From Octopus vulgaris (Eukaryota): a DNA stretch of 64,000 nt. Location of the stretch: assembly GCA_951406725.2 (NCBI GenBank), contig OX597819.1, positions 102,920,001-102,984,000 of the forward strand, read 5' to 3'. Below are positions 61,613-64,000 of this stretch, piece by piece. Within the stretch, counting starts at the first letter, position 1, and every line of letters starts with the position of its first letter. The position numbers were made by a program, and so were the translations under genes. The notes beneath the pieces are model-generated. The model had not been told where the DNA came from. It saw only the letters and a list, made by a program, of their open reading frames with translations, and did no database searches.

Positions 61613-62258
61613 TTTAGTAATTTGCAAAAACCTGTACCTGCCCCATGATAAAAACTGGTGGGAACACAAACCACCTCCAGTGCTTGAAAATGATCACATC
61701 TCACACTTCATCATTCAAACTGACAGAAAGATAGATGCAAATAGGCCAGATATTATATTGAAATAAATACTTCACACAAAAACCATGCCGCCTCATTGAT
61801 ATGAATATTCCAATCGTTATAAACGTCTCTGTCAAGACCTACCTCAAACTAAGCAAGTATAATTATCTTGAAATAGAAATGAGCAAAATATGGAACCTGA
61901 ATACTAAACAATACCTGTTGTCATAGGTGCCCTAGGAAAGATAGCAAAAGGGGCTGATTGCTACCTAGCTCAGATACCAAGAAACCCCAAAATGGCAGAA
62001 ATTCAAAAGATAGTGCTCATGGAAACTGCCCATAACCTACGTAAAATACAGAATATGTAATCTCAAATTTTAAAAGAAACTCATAATTTTCTTATGTTTT
62101 CTTAAACATTTTCTAGAACAATACTATGTACAAAACCAAAATATATGACACCCTAGGCATAACACCAACAGGAAATTCCAACTTGTTGTCACTTCAGGTC
62201 TCTGAGGGAAACCTGGAGCTAAATTGTACAAATGCAAAGCAAAAAGTTTAACATAAGA
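61613..62258 (+). mobile_element. R4/Dong family B RLE + 3' UTR fragment
   Basis: WWEHKP, IQTDRKIDANRPDI, LSKY..LEIE, IPVVIGALG, IQKIVL; (TAA)n on both sides. Confidence 0.88.
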
Positions 62259-62291
62259 TAATAATAATAAAAATACTAATAATAATAATAA

Positions 62292-62847
62292 TGCCCCGAT
62301 GCAATACTAGGCAGAGGCTCTCATGGCATCTGATCTTAACTGATTGGAAGTGTTATCATGTACATTGTTTTGTCTTGGTATAAAAGATGGGCTACAGCAA
62401 ATATTCTGCTCAATACCACATATTTGCTTGTCAGTTGTTTGACCATAACCAGTTGAGCATGTCCCTTAGTGGCTGACCATATGTGCATCTCTGATCAGGA
62501 GCAGATGTAGTGGGGGAGCATCATAACCATGTGTTGAGAAGGATTCTTTGGGGTTTTAATATTTCACCTCTGGAAACATGGGTGTTTCGTTCAACATCCT
62601 GAAACAACCCATATTCAGGCACCTTTTGAGCAGGATGGGTTACTCAACCAAAAGAAAATTCTAACTGGGCACCACCTGCAAGGTCATACGCTGTTTACCT
62701 TGATATGAGATCGCTATGTCGCACACATATGGTTGTGATGCATGTGACTAGTGTACCCTTATCAGACGGGTAGTCATGATGGGTATACTGGGCTTCGTAT
62801 ATTTTACCCCAGTTTCACTTTGATGACATGCACTGCTCTCTCACTCA
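62292..62847 (+). mobile_element. Family X non-coding element, longest copy (~555 bp)
   Basis: Bounded by (TAA)n on both sides; homologous to the 34224 and 57964 copies; no ORF. Confidence 0.82.
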
Positions 62848-62876
62848 ATAATAATAATAATAATAATAATAATAAT

Positions 62877-63498
62877 TTGGTAATTTGCAAAACCTGCACT
62901 TGCCACATGATAAAAGCTGGTGGGAACACAAACCACTTGAAAATGATCACATCTCACTCCTCTGGAACTCTACCATTCAAACTGACAGAAAGATAGTTGC
63001 AAATAGGCCAGATAATATATTGAAAGACTCCATACAAAAATCATGCCTCCTCATTGACATTAATGACCCAACCGTTATAAACATATTTGTCAAGACCTAC
63101 CAAAAACTGAGCAAGTATAAAGTTCTTGAAATAGAAATTAGCAAAGACTAAAACAATACCTGTTGTCATAGGTGCCCTGGGAATGATAGCAAAAAGGAAC
63201 GATTGCTACCTAGCTCAAATATCAGGAAACCCCAAAATGGCAGAAATTCAAAACATAGCGCTCATGGGAACTGCTCATATCCTACGTAAAATACTGTCTA
63301 TGTAATCTCAAATTTTAAAACAAACTCATAATTTTCTTATTTACTTAAACATTCTCTAGAACAATACTACGTACAAAACCAAATATATGATACCCTATGC
63401 CTAACACTAATATGAACTTCTAATGTGTTATCTCTTGAGGTCTCTGGGTGAGACCTGGAGCCAAATCGTACAAATGCAAAGCAAAAGTTAAACATAAA

Positions 63499-63500
<2 letters not shown>
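62877..63500 (+). mobile_element. R4/Dong family B RLE + 3' UTR fragment
   Basis: ORF 62885-63151 WWEHKP..LLWNSTIQTDRKIVANRPDN..KLSKYKVLEIE; (TAA)n on both sides. Confidence 0.9.
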
Positions 63501-63581
<81 letters not shown>

Positions 63582-63582
<1 letters not shown>

Positions 63583-64000
63583 GAGCAAAAACAAAAACCT
63601 GAGTATGGCATGGATAGACTACAGGAAAGCGTATGACAGTGTCCCACATAAATGGATACTCAAGGCCCTTGAGATATACAAGATCTCCCCTGTCGTCTCA
63701 AAATTCTTAGAGAATAGCATGACCATGTGGAACACACGTCTCTTTCTAAGCCATAGTAATGGGATGAGCCAGTCCAACAGCATCAACATCAAACGAGGCA
63801 TCTTTCAAGGTGACTCCCTCTCTCCATTACTTTTTTGCATGGCACTGATCCCACTCTCAAACGAATTGGATAGTGCCAGATATGGGTACAAAGTTTTTAG
63901 CAAGTTGATAAACCACCTTTTTTATATGGACGATCTAAAGCTGTTTGCCAAGAATGACCAAGAGCTAGAAGGGCTGCTAACAACTGTTAAAGAGTTTAGC
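63582..64000 (+). mobile_element. R4/Dong LINE RT region, 5'-truncated, open frame running off the window
   Basis: NLSMAWIDYRKAYDSVPH..RGIFQGDSLSPLLFC..HLFYMDDLK, no stops from 63584 to the end; preceded by (TAA)n. Confidence 0.92.

Overview
AT-rich, microsatellite-saturated animal genomic DNA with no recognisable host protein-coding exon. The repeat repertoire suggests an intron or intergenic region of a coleoid cephalopod, probably Octopus (inference). Almost all listed ORFs are translations of simple repeats. The real coding remnants are retroelements: a ~2.95 kb 5'-truncated R4/Dong-type RLE LINE heading a pile of elements stacked in (TAA)n tracts (57964-64000), three copies of a second R4-type lineage associated with (TACA)n tracts, and CR1-like, RTE and Penelope-like fragments. 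Also present are three tRNA-derived SINE families, two mariner-type MITEs and a probable non-autonomous Helitron. The most unusual structures are a ~290 bp, ~88% identical inverted-repeat pair (3918-4205 / 5180-5471), an exact 93 bp templated duplication inserted into an old SINE inside its loop, minimal type I hammerhead ribozyme motifs near Penelope remnants, and apparent partitioning of microsatellite targets (TAA vs TACA) between R4-type LINE lineages. Boundaries and identities were estimated by eye.
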